In this document: positions 24,315-35,291 of the stretch, one piece after another
Layout of the letters: the number at the start of each line of letters is the position of its first letter
Position numbering within the stretch: the stretch's first letter is position 1
Assembly: GCA_965178125.1 (NCBI GenBank)
Contig: OZ237771.1
Span: 124,001 to 188,000, forward strand
Length of the DNA: 64,000 nucleotides
Origin: Bilabrum cf. latius
Lineage: Eukaryota
Reading direction: 5' to 3'
Program-made: the position numbers and the translations under genes
The notes under the pieces: generated by a model
Database searches by the model: none
What the model saw: the letters and a program-made list of their open reading frames with translations, nothing else
What the model was told of the DNA's origin: nothing

Positions 24315-24770
24315 GAACTTTCCGAGACATTTCCGAGAAATTTCCTTAGCGAACCTTCATGAACCTTACACAAAAATAATTTGTTCCCTGACCCTACGAT
24401 TTCCGTTGATATGGGAGAGTTTCATATTTTGTTCCCTGAGGAACAACCTTCACCAGTGAACCTTTGAAACCTTCACCAGTGAACCTTTGAAACCTTCACC
24501 AGTGAACCTTTGCAACCTTCACCAGTGAACCTTTGAAACCTTCACCAGTGAACCTTTGAAACCTTCACCAGTGAACCTTTGCAACCTTCACCTGTGAACC
24601 TTTGCAACCTTCACCTGTGAACCTTTGCAACCTTCACCTGTGAACCTCAACGAACTTTTAGTTTATGGTCTTAAAACCTCACTCAACTGATTTTTAGCGT
24701 TGGGTCAGAGAACAACTTTTCCAAGAACTTTCCGAGAACTTTCCGAGAACTTTCCGAGAACTTTCCGAGA
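24315..24770. repeat. Internal non-coding repeat region: about 9 x 23-bp units flanked by 11-bp repeats
   Basis: AACCTTCACC(A/T)GTGAACCTTTG(A/C) at 24445-24647. GAACTTTCCGA-type units at about 24315-24345 and 24725-24770. Confidence 0.9.
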
Positions 24771-24776
24771 AAATAT

Positions 24777-25094
24777 TTAGAACCTAATATTTAGTTTCTT
24801 TTCATAATCTTTTATTGATGCTTCTAAAGTTGGTTTATTCCATAGTATCTACCATGATAAAATAGCAGGTGATAAGAAATCATATTTAGCTCTTTGAAAA
24901 CTGTATTCGTGACGCTTTAACCAATTCTTCTTTTTTGTTTCATCTTGGTGATCGATGAATGTTGAACCATTCTATAAACCGAAATGTACTTTCTTGATTA
25001 CGGGGTCATACTTCTTATATTTTATTTTAAAAGTAGCCATTAATCTTTTATTTTTCCTTGTTGATGGTTTTATACTTAATAGAGTAATGTTCAT
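24777..25094 (-). CDS. Small conserved-type viral protein (HFG...DH...RH...ILW), 105 aa (2 TAG); absent from the ORF track
   Basis: MNITLLSIKPSTRKNKRLMATF...KKVHFGL*NGSTFIDHQDETKKKNWLKRH...LSPAILSW*ILWNKPTLEASIKDY, ending TAA. Confidence 0.75.
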
Positions 25095-25151
25095 ATATAT
25101 ATTTAATGTATATATTAACAATTAATAATATCCTCTACTTTCAATCAAAAA

Positions 25152-25829
25152 TTAAAATCCTTGTTTCTTAAGGAATTTACTAGCATCACCTAATGACATG
25201 CCCGTTTTTTTCATAACTTGTTTAATCATTTCCCCTCTTTGTTTCATCTTAGCGGATACTTTACGCTTTGGTTTCTTTCCTGCTTTTGTTTTCTTACCCA
25301 TACCTTTTGTAGCTTTCTTTAGTCCGTAATTACTTACTTGTCTGACTCCAGGTGGTAGGAAGGAAGTTCCAACATCAATTAAAGCATTTTTAGAGGCTTT
25401 CTTAGCATTATATTTACGGTGGTGTTGTAAAGCATCTAATCCTTCCTCACCAAAAGCCCCAACATAGGGAATTTGTGAAACTCCAACTTTTCCGAGTTCA
25501 TAAAGTAAATCTTCAGAATCCATATTTTTTAGGTCTCTTACTCCTTTCTTTACTGTATCTCCTAGCTTATTAACGCCTCTCTTTACTGAATTACCAACAT
25601 TGTTGGCGGCTTTTCTTACCCATTTCCAAAATGACCCTCCGTGAATTCTTTGCATTTTTTCACATTCACAGCATACTTTTCTTGCGTCTCCTCTACCCAT
25701 TCCGAATAATTCAACTACTGCATCAACATGGTCTTCATTCATACTTCTTGGTTTTCTTGATGCTTTCCTTTTAGAGCGTGATTTTCCTGAACCGATTAAA
25801 TCTAAATATTCGTTTACCGTATATTTCAT
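25152..25829 (-). CDS. Lys-rich putative virion core protein with GG|SFW motif, 225 aa
   Basis: Intact ORF with TTTTCTA upstream. Basic termini; HGGSFWKWVRKAANNVG amphipathic segment. Confidence 0.75.
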   Translation of the reverse strand: MKYTVNEYLDLIGSGKSRSKRKASRKPRSMNEDHVDAVVELFGMGRGDARKVCCECEKMQRIHGGSFWKWVRKAANNVGNSVKRGVNKLGDTVKKGVRDLKNMDSEDLLYELGKVGVSQIPYVGAFGEEGLDALQHHRKYNAKKASKNALIDVGTSFLPPGVRQVSNYGLKKATKGMGKKTKAGKKPKRKVSAKMKQRGEMIKQVMKKTGMSLGDASKFLKKQGF

Positions 25830-25859
25830 AATAACTTATATTTAGAAAAAAAAAATCTC

Positions 25860-26447
25860 TTATAATGAACTATGAACCTCAATAATTGCGTAATTGGATC
25901 GTGTGGGTGTACCGCCTCCACCATTTCCATAATAAATATCTAAGTTGTTCTCAGCTCCTACCATTAATCTAACCGCTTTATATCCATGACCTGCATTTAA
26001 TTTATGTAGTAAAGTTAAGGTGATACCTTCTTTTATTTCTAATACATTCCAAACATATGGTAAATTTGATGATGTATCCCATGAATCATCTTCATTTTGA
26101 AATTGTAGTCCTATTCCTGCCGATCGTGTGCCTGATGTATTTATATTATGAACTGTTAAAGTAGCTTTAACTACTACATTATACTATGTATCAACTGGCA
26201 TATTATATGTTCCTCCTGCTGTTGAAAATATAGTATCAGCATCTGCGAAAGTAGATACATCTGTAAAAGTTGCGGGTTGTGGAATAACTATACTTTCAGT
26301 TCCACTAGAAGACTAAACAAAATCAAAACTATTGAAAGACAGGTTATTTCCTTGTTGCTGTAAGTTAACGGCATTGATAGTTGTTGCTGTTACTGATTTC
26401 GCTTTAAGGTCTAAATCATTTGTTGATAAAAGATTTGATATACTCAT
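25860..26447 (-). CDS. Short fibre/spike-like protein, 195 aa (2 TAG); absent from the ORF track
   Basis: Begins MSISNLLSTNDLDLK, nearly identical to the N-terminus of the 514-aa fibre. Beta-rich C-terminus; ends TAA. Confidence 0.75.
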
Positions 26448-26482
26448 TAATAATCTTATACTAGAAAATAATTTATATACTT

Positions 26483-28027
26483 TTATACTTCAACAACACA
26501 CATCCACCCGACACTATTTTGAACACCTGACATAATATGCCTTTTTACTGAGACCTTTGAAAACTTCCATAATTGGGAAGGATATCCATCAGATGTAATT
26601 GTGTAAGAATTTCTTAATCTATTTGGATTATTTGAACCTGGGAAATATATCAATGATTCAGGTACGGTAAAAGTGTCATCTGTATAAGTTTCTAGCGTTA
26701 TTGTACAAGTCGCATTTTGTCCAATATATGTATTTCCTATAGCTTTTAAGCAAATATTAAAATCATGATCGGACCACTCTTTACTAATTCTTAATGTATA
26801 ATTGGCACTTACTGGTAAGCCTCCGCTATCTCCTTGAGCAATACACATCAAGTTATAATTAAACGGTATATTATCAGATTTTAATATATCAATGGTTGAA
26901 CTGTTTTCACGAAATACATTTTTATCATATATTATGGGTGTAGTTGGTATACTATCAACATAGTTCTTAGTTGCTACATCTTGGGCATTAGTTGGGTCAG
27001 TTACATTGATAATCTTGCTATTATTCGCATCATTACCCTAACTTAAGACTGAGGATAAAGAAGGTGTTACTGTTGGTATACTATCAACATAGTTTTTAGT
27101 TGCTACATCTTGGGCATTAGTTGGGTCATTTACATTACTTATTGTATTAGAACTCATATTTACATCAACTTTAACATCCATACTATTATTATTTGCTGTT
27201 ATTATGTTTGTTTCTGTTGTATTATCAACATGATCGACTTTCAAATTAGTAGAATCTACGGAAAAATTATATCTAATATCTTGATTTGAATAATCATATA
27301 TACTCATTCCGTCATAACCTATTGCTAATCCCTAAACCCCGTTATCTGCTCTATATAATACGCTACCTCTTTCACCGCCTGAGTCCCATCTAGTCGTAAT
27401 ACCTGCAGTAAATGAATTTTTACCTGTATAATGAAAATTTCCACCTGTTGATGACCCTTCAAAAACCAATATACGCCCTTCAACTGGTTTAATAATTCCG
27501 TTATAATTTGCTACTGTTCCCACTTGTAAACTTTCAGCTTCCAATTCATTAGATGTTATCTTTCCTGTAACTGTTAAATTTGAGAATTCATCCATATTTA
27601 ACATTTCTACTCTTGTACCTAATCCGTAATTTTCTCTATAAATTCTAAAAAGACTATCTTCATTATCATTACTCAGAGAATAACCTAAATTGTTATTATT
27701 TGGTTGGAATAATCTAATTTGTCGTTCATCATCTGCTCTAATATATGATGTTGTTGTATGACCTCCAATTGTAACATTTCCCGTCGTTGTTATTGTATCT
27801 GATTCTAAATTACTTAACCCTACTATTTGCTCATTTCTTGCATCATCTCCTGCTTGTAATACTGACTGTAAATCTCCCGTTCCTGTTGCTTGAGCGTCTA
27901 CATATGCTTTAGTTGTTAACTGATTTGTATCTGTTATATTTGTTTCTGTTACTAATACTTTCTCTGTTGACATTGATCGACATTTTAAATCTAATTCATT
28001 AGTTGATAATAAATTTGATATGCTCAT
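26483..28027 (-). CDS. Fibre-like protein, 514 aa (2 TAG)
   Basis: Three ORFs in one frame. Duplicated DPTNAQDVATKNYVD plus QLTTKAYVD trimeric-fibre-type motifs. Ends TAA. Confidence 0.8.
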
Positions 28028-28094
28028 TTATAAAGTAAGTTTAGAAAATTTAATTTATTAATGAATTATATTTATTAGTTATTCCAATGTATTA

Positions 28095-29534
28095 TTAACC
28101 GTCAACATCTTCCTCTTCTTGTTCTTGTTCAGCCTATCGTGCTCGTTCTTCTGCTTCTCTTCGCCTTCTTGCCTATTCTACTAAATCTGCTCTTTCCTCT
28201 GGCGTTGGGTTTAAATCTACACTTTCTAGTTCATCCATGCCATCAGTAACACCATCTAGCATCTCTTCTGTTTTCCCCCTAAGAACCTTAAGACGATCCA
28301 TAACCCCTTTAAATGCTTCTCTCTTTTTTGCTCTATCTTTAGTATCTCTAAATTGTCTTAATTTTCCCTCTAGTTCCCTTATCTCTTTCCATTTTGGTCT
28401 ATTTTGCTTAGATAGTTTTAAAACTTTATCCAAATCACTTATAGGTGATTTAGCCACATATTTATTCCATTCTTTCTTTAGTTCTTCTTTATCCATTCCG
28501 TTTATATCATTCCATGTAAGACTCTATTCTTTTCTTTCGTCATCATTTAACAAAAACTTAAGGAAATCGTTCAACTGACCTTTCATCTCTCCTATTTTAT
28601 CTCCAACATTAAAATCATCTTCAATTCTGGGAAGTTTATACATATCGCGGATATCTTCATGTTCAATAAAATCACCAACTAGGAACTCTATCATATTCTA
28701 TTTATTATCAAGAATCTCATCCCAATCGGGGGCGTCAAAACCTCTTTCTTTATCTCGTTTCGTAAACTGTGCCTTTTGAGAAGATGAAAAGTATTCATCA
28801 AGAATCTCATCTTCAGATAAAGATCCGAGCGTTTCTCTTAATTCTTCAACCATGGACCAAATTTCATCCGCTGATGTATTTTCCGCCTGAAGGAAAGTTT
28901 CAATTTTTTTCCCGCTTAAATTTGCTTTAATCGTTTCCTTAATTTTTCTTATTGGCGTTCCTTCTTTTAATTTATATAATATTCTAAACTCTTCTAAATC
29001 AGAAGGTGAAAAGTCATCTACTCTTGATTTGCCTACTGATTGTAAAAGCTATTTAAATTGTTCATTATTCGTTACTTTATTTGAGGCTAATCCGTCTACT
29101 GTTCTTATTAATCTTGTAATTTTATTTTTTTCTTCTTTTTTGAGTGCTGTTTCTCCTATTCTTCCCGTCAATTGATTTAAAAAACCTTTTAGCATTCCTA
29201 TCATTCCTAAACTTGGATTTTCCTTTAAAATAATTTCTCTCATTCTTTCTAAGTTAGCATTTATCTTAGATTCACTTCCTGCGTTGAGACCTTCAACTAA
29301 TTCAGCGACAACTGTTCTCAATGCTCCATCCATACGCTATTCTCTTCTTCTTAGTTCTAAAGGTTGGAAATCAGTTGATAATACAATATCATCGCGACGT
29401 TTCTAATCTCTGAGTGCGTTTAATATAGCAAGTCGTTCGTTTCTTTCCCTTAATGCTAAATTTTCTACTCCTGAATTTACTGCTTGACGCTATTGATTCT
29501 ATTGCCTTAATATATTCCTAAGTTCCGTAGACAT
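28095..29534 (-). CDS. Charged helical/coiled-coil viral protein, 479 aa (9 TAG)
   Basis: Continuous frame from ATG 29534 to TAA 28095, interrupted only by TAG. TCTA motif upstream. Confidence 0.75.
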
Positions 29535-29576
29535 ATAATAATTTATGAATAGAAAAAAAATATTGTCTTTTATTAT

Positions 29577-30425
29577 ATGGAAATTAATAATAGAACCATT
29601 AAATTATTTAATAATGACCACTCTGCATTATTTCGTGAGCTTATGTTAATTAAAGATGTTGATTTATTACTAAATGGCTCTTTTCCTATTACCTTCTTCG
29701 CCTCAGATATTGACCTATATTCTAAATTACAAATGAGAGATTATAAAACATTGCTTAATGAATTGTTAAGTTTTCTTTTAGATGTTGAACTTGGAACGGA
29801 AATATCAGAATTAAAGATTGGTAATAAGAAAGCAAAAAGTAAAAAAGCTATTATAGAGTTAGTAGTTAATGAAATGAAAAACCCTAAATATATTTATGAG
29901 GATAAAAAGTGGGTTAAATTGGACCTTATAGTATTAATTAATGGATATTATGAAGAAATTACTATTATATATGATTTTGGCGATTCATTAGAAGGTAAAA
30001 CTAAAGATGAAGTTACCAAAGAACTTATTAAAGATGTTCATAAACTAGATAAACAAGGTATGTATTATAAAGCATTGAAACGATTAAGAGAAATATATAA
30101 AAGAACTAATCTATTTGATAAAGTTGAATTAATGGAAAGTTTGCTTAATAATGATATGGTGGGATTTTTATATTTATCTAATGCTAGATTGGAAGCATTA
30201 CAAAAATCAAAAGATAAAGTCAAGAAAAAGAACGATGTTTTAAGCAATCTTAAAGAGGATGTTATGATCAGATTAAAAAATATATTTAAACTCAATCTGA
30301 AGAAATCAGACTTTAAAATTAAGAATATTGATAAAATTCAAAGAGAAATTATGAATAAGTTACATTCTTTAGTTATAAAAACAGCAAAAAATGAGATTGA
30401 ATATTTGCATCGTTTAAGTAAATAA
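29577..30425 (+). CDS. Putative Pol-beta-type nucleotidyltransferase-fold protein, 282 aa
   Basis: LNGS...ASDIDL and KLDLIV resemble the hGS..DxD..D signature. Lies immediately upstream of the ATPase. Confidence 0.6.
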   Translation: MEINNRTIKLFNNDHSALFRELMLIKDVDLLLNGSFPITFFASDIDLYSKLQMRDYKTLLNELLSFLLDVELGTEISELKIGNKKAKSKKAIIELVVNEMKNPKYIYEDKKWVKLDLIVLINGYYEEITIIYDFGDSLEGKTKDEVTKELIKDVHKLDKQGMYYKALKRLREIYKRTNLFDKVELMESLLNNDMVGFLYLSNARLEALQKSKDKVKKKNDVLSNLKEDVMIRLKNIFKLNLKKSDFKIKNIDKIQREIMNKLHSLVIKTAKNEIEYLHRLSK

Positions 30426-30503
30426 CAATAAATAATATTAGCTTGTTTACTTTTCAAAGTTGTAAAATTGAATAATATTTTCTTTTCATATATTAATATT
30501 AAA

Positions 30504-31897
30504 ATGCTATCTTATGATAATATAAATGACAGTATTCCAATCGCATATAGAAAATATAATTCTAATAATGCTCAATCAAAAAATAAAGTTTTATACATTG
30601 ACCAAAGTTTCCAAAGCAATGAGCTTAAACCAGAAGATATATCAGACGATAAATTAACGGCAATTTTTGGAACTCATGCATTAAGGTCATTAAAAGCTGA
30701 TGCCAGAGTGTACGCGCAACCTAGTCTCGTTAACAATCAGACATGGCAAGACCTGACAAAGCTGTGCCTGTGCGCTACCCTTGACCGGACTGACCGGGGC
30801 TGGGAAGAGCACGTGCACTACTCCGCCGAGGAGGAGGGGGTTGGGAGGGTGGGCAAAAATTACCCAATCTCCGCCCCTCTCCTGAACACAGAGAGGGTAT
30901 GCGCGTCATCGCAAGCAATCCGTTGGCTTGGTCGCACCTTCCCGGTCGCAACCGCCATCGGAACGCAACGAGACGTTCACGCGCTCCCACTCTGGCATCA
31001 ACACCGAACCCCATCCGGCGTTAGGATCAAAAAAAGGAAAAAAGGAATAAATTAGTAGAATTATACAACGGAACAGAAGAAGCTGAAAAATTCAAGGATG
31101 TGGAAATTAAAGATAATTCAAACTTTAGAGTTATTCCTTATGCTTTAGGGCATACAAAAGATGATTCATATAATAGATTTGTTTTCTTTTTGAATGGAGC
31201 TAGTGGATCGGGTAAAAGTTACTTTTCTAAAGAGATTCTAGAAATGGGGCGAATGTTTGGCATTAAAAAAATATATGTTATTACTGATATCAAAGACCCT
31301 AAATTTGGAAAAGTCAAATACTTAGATATTAATACTTTAGTTGGTGAAAATGTCACACATGAAGAAAGTAAAAAGGAATATGAAAAAGCTAAAATTAAGT
31401 TCAAATACAAAAAGAAAATGTATAAAGATAACCCCGAAATGCTAATGAATTTAGAATTAGCACTGCACGATATGAAACCTGAAGCTAATACAACTACTAA
31501 ATTTGAGTTTAAATTAGATTAGGAGCAAAGAAATGCTATATTTTAGGATTCAATAGTATTATTCGATGATTACGAGAGTAATTCAGACATTGAAAAGATT
31601 GAGTTCTTAAGAGATAATCTATTAACTAAAGGAAGGCACACAAAAACATCGCTTATTATTTGTAATCATAAAGGCTCAGACGGTGGACATATGAAACTTA
31701 TTAAGATAGAAACGACGGATTATGTGCTATTTAATAAGTCAAATGACCACGAAAGAGCCTATCTTCTCAGGACTTATCTTGGATTTAACAAAGAATAGAT
31801 TAAAAGGGTAAAACTAGCATTAAAAAAATCTAGATGGATTTCTATAAACCCTAATGAAGGTTTTGCTATTAGTCAGAAAGAGACATTTATGATATAA
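30504..31897 (+). CDS. FtsK/HerA (A32-like) genome-packaging ATPase, interrupted by a GC-rich insert (3 TAG)
   Basis: Walker A NGASGSGKS, Walker B IVLFDD, TKGRH, IICNH, YLGFNKE*IKRVK; ends TAA. The 5' part (from 30504) is in a different frame because of the insert. Confidence 0.88.
30686..31044. mobile_element. GC-rich structured insert 2 (core 30699-31024)
   Basis: GC-rich island that frameshifts the ATPase. 13-bp inverted repeat TGATGCCAGAGTG (30698-30710) / CACTCTGGCATCA (30988-31000). Motifs shared with insert 1. Confidence 0.72.
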
Positions 31898-31919
31898 CTA
31901 TTTTCGAAACTATAATTAT

Positions 31920-32486
31920 ATGAATAGGGAAAAATTGAATAAATTAGTTAAAACATATTTAAGCCCCCAAGAATTAAAAGATTTATGGAACAAGCACCCG
32001 CACACAAAAGGTGACCCGCCTCGTGTTGTTTTGTATGATGATATCATTAAAGCCCCATCAATTGAAGCATTATTTCAAGGTGACAATAAATTAATTATCT
32101 TTTATCCCATGTCTCAACAAGGAAGTACGACAAGTGGACATTATACGGCATTAACTAAAGATGATAAAAAGAATGTTATTTACTTTTATGATTCTTACGG
32201 AGGGCTACCTGATGTAGGACAAAAAAAATACGCTAACTCAAATTTATACCAAGAACAAAATAATACCCTTATTAGACATTTACTAAATAGTGGTTATGAT
32301 GTTGATTATTCACCTTATAAACACCAAGGAGACGGAGATATCGCAACATGTGGAAGGCATAGCTTAAATAGAACTCATTTTAGCCAACTTTCAAACGATG
32401 AATATAATCAATTAATGAATGAAGCTAAAAAAGCAGTTAATGGTCATCATTCACTAGATGAAATAGTAAGTATGACATTCAATTAA
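31920..32486 (+). CDS. Adenain-like maturation cysteine protease, 188 aa
   Basis: SGHYTAL, YFYDSYG, HQ....ATCGRH give the His-Asp-(Gln)-Cys catalytic set. Ends TAA. Confidence 0.92.
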   Translation: MNREKLNKLVKTYLSPQELKDLWNKHPHTKGDPPRVVLYDDIIKAPSIEALFQGDNKLIIFYPMSQQGSTTSGHYTALTKDDKKNVIYFYDSYGGLPDVGQKKYANSNLYQEQNNTLIRHLLNSGYDVDYSPYKHQGDGDIATCGRHSLNRTHFSQLSNDEYNQLMNEAKKAVNGHHSLDEIVSMTFN

Positions 32487-32564
32487 TAAAATATTGTTAT
32501 GTATTAATAAACCTCAAATTTCTTATTTAAGGTATATTAACTTATATTAAAAATTCTTTTTTAT

Positions 32565-34361
32565 TTACATTTTATCTAAAAGTTTCTTAAGCTATGCTTT
32601 GCTCATTGCTTTACCTCCTTTTTTACCTGAACCAACTTCTAGCAATTCACCGCCTCTTTTCTTAGTTGCTTTCTTCTTCTTGTTTCCATAACCGAAGCTA
32701 TTCGCCAGATCGCCAAAAGGAGTGCCATCGGCTACGACAGGAGCAAGTCCTGAGTTTCTTAAGACTCTTGATGCAGTTCTTGCTTGTGGACTCTTGAGCA
32801 TATCACCGAGCCAAGTTAAACCAGACCATACACGGTTACCCATATCACCCCACCAAGAACCACCTACAATATGGTTATTTTGAGCGTTGTTCTTAGAGAA
32901 CATAACAGGAGACCTAGCAAGGACTTCACTTGAAAGTAAAGGTCAATCAGATTTATAAGTTCCATTATCTGACTCATTATATAATACAAGGTCATCGTAA
33001 TAAGCCATTACCTTAAGGGTATAAATTCCCCCCGCGTCTTGTCCTGCGGGGCAGTTCATAGTTGCTTTTACAGTAACAGTGAAGGTATGGTTTGCGTGAG
33101 AAATAAAGGATTGTTGAGATGCAGCGGGAACATCATCAGGTTTAATAATAATGAATGAACCAGCCCCAAATTGACCACTTGCTATCTATTGTTGGGCGAA
33201 TTTAGCATATCTTTCATTATATCCGTTCTTAGTAGACATTTCATAAAGTTGATGCTAACTATAATTATTGAAAATATCGGTTTTCTGTGCTGTGTCAATT
33301 GTGAGCTTTGATATATTTGCGTATTGATCAGATTCACTATAACTTTTACCATTAACAGCCTTATTTCTCTTAGCATAAATGAATAATGCGGTAGGAACGC
33401 TATCTAATACAAATGAACCACTTGAAACCGTTACGGGAACAGGTAGATAAGGATCAGCTCCGACGGTTAACTCAACACTTTTTGAAGCTTGTCTCTTTAA
33501 TTCTGGAGCATTCCATACAATCTATTTAGGAATATCTAAGTTTAGAGATGGATTCCATGTGTGCACTAAAAGATGGAATTCTGCGTCAGTACAAGCAACT
33601 GAGGTAGCATCCTAAACGTTAGCCTTATCAACAACTAGGAACTCGCCAACTTGTCCAACAATGGCATCCATATCAAACTCAGCCTTAAAATTTTTAAGAT
33701 TTCTAAAAGGAACGGGGTTCTCTTGTTGATATTGGAAAGGTTGAGCAAATACAGCCTCGCGATATACAAGCTCAATTGTAAAATCATCAGCCCCATTTTT
33801 TGTTATTTTCTTGATATCCCAGTTATTGCCTAAACCGTTAGATGATACAGTATCTATAGCATTGAATCCCTCTTTAAGGGAATTGTTGGCATAGGTACTA
33901 TCATAACTAGTTGAAAGTTGACCCGCGGGAGCATCAGACACACGCATAAGTTGGGCAAGTGGTTGAGTATTAGCCATAGCTTCGGCAATATCAGCGGGCC
34001 TAGAAGTGAATTCATGACCGTTTAACTCAACTCTAGCATTTGATAAGCGTCTATTTAGTGCTAACTATCTAATACCAATTTTACCGAAAAGATCAGAAAC
34101 ATCAGTTAAATTCTAAGTTCCAGTAAGTCTAAGGGTTAAACCTGCTTCTAACATTGGGGTGGATTCTACGTTTCCAAGTGGAAAGTTATACTGAAATCTT
34201 ACAGTTCCAGCTTCGCCATTTGATGGTTTAGATGCAGCGGGAATTCTTCGTCTTACTGATTCGTTATTGGACATTCTAGCCCCAAGCATTACATCCTCGG
34301 GCTTTTTAAACTTTTCGTTAGAGTTAGCTAATAGAACGGTGTTTTTATAGTAACTTGACAT
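32565..34361 (-). CDS. Virophage major capsid protein (double jelly-roll), about 598 codons (7 TAG, 1 in-frame TGA at 32943-32945)
   Basis: Single frame from ATG 34361 to TAA 32565. IR*LALNRRLSNARVELNG, EAVFAQPF, LDSVPTALFIYA, QLYEMSTKNG, GSFIIIKP. C-terminal GG motif and basic tail. Adjacent to penton and protease. Confidence 0.88.
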
Positions 34362-34403
34362 AATAAACTATATATAGAAAAAAATTTCTTATATATTTCT
34401 TTA

Positions 34404-35291
34404 TTATTCTCTCATAAAATATAATTTAATATCAATTTGAGAGTTAGAATTTAGAGCTATAGAGTGTCCCACATTATTATAATCATACCAAAAGAAATCT
34501 AAATAAAATGAATTTATATTTTTAGATTCTTTGAAGTTATGCCAAATATGGTCTTTATCTCTTGCACTATACTTAATTAAACTTATAGGCTAATTATTCG
34601 CTTGTTGAACGTCAAAATCTACCAAGAAAGTAGCCGTATCTTCACTTCCAGCGATTGCATCTGGTTGATTAAATGGAGGAGGTAAAAGTTCATTTTCAGT
34701 TGGAAGATTTGACTTTATAACTATTCTCGATACAGGACTCATTAGCTCTAAAGTTGCTACATATTGCGTCTCTTCGTCTTTATCAAGCTCAACATAGTAA
34801 GGACTAGATAATACAGATTCATAATTAAAAGTTGGCATATAAGTGAATAAATCGTCATTGAATCCAATTTTCCAAGCAGAACGAAAACCAACTGCAGAGT
34901 TAATAGTAAATTTATTAGTTGTCTCATCAAATGTCATAGTTGGAACATCCCCTATTGAAAGAGTTGTACATAATGTATCAAAAGTATTAGAAATAGCAGA
35001 TGCTACATCGTGATAATCGTAAATATATCCGTCGACGTCATCGTATGCGGAAAAATCCACCGTCTCTGATGTTACTACACCAGATGAAATATTTTGAAAT
35101 GAAATCGTAGGAGTATTTAATTTTGGATCAAATAAAGGTAAAAGAATCTTGTTCATAATTAATCGTTCTACTGAAATAAGCCAACCGCTAGTATCGCTTA
35201 TAACGTCTGACTATCTATTTATATTAACTCTAGCAAGAGATGATATTCCATTCACTCCATGCACCTATCCTGTTAAATATTTATGACTCAT
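34404..35291 (-). CDS. Minor capsid (penton) protein, 295 aa (3 TAG)
   Basis: Frame from ATG 35291 to TAA 34404. WLISVERL, SPVSRIVIKSNLPTENE, LDFFWYD...IKLYF. Directly upstream of the MCP. Confidence 0.82.

Noticed and set aside
24445-24647. CRISPR/MIMIVIRE-like array in the virophage
   Set aside because: Head-to-tail 23-bp units with no spacers.
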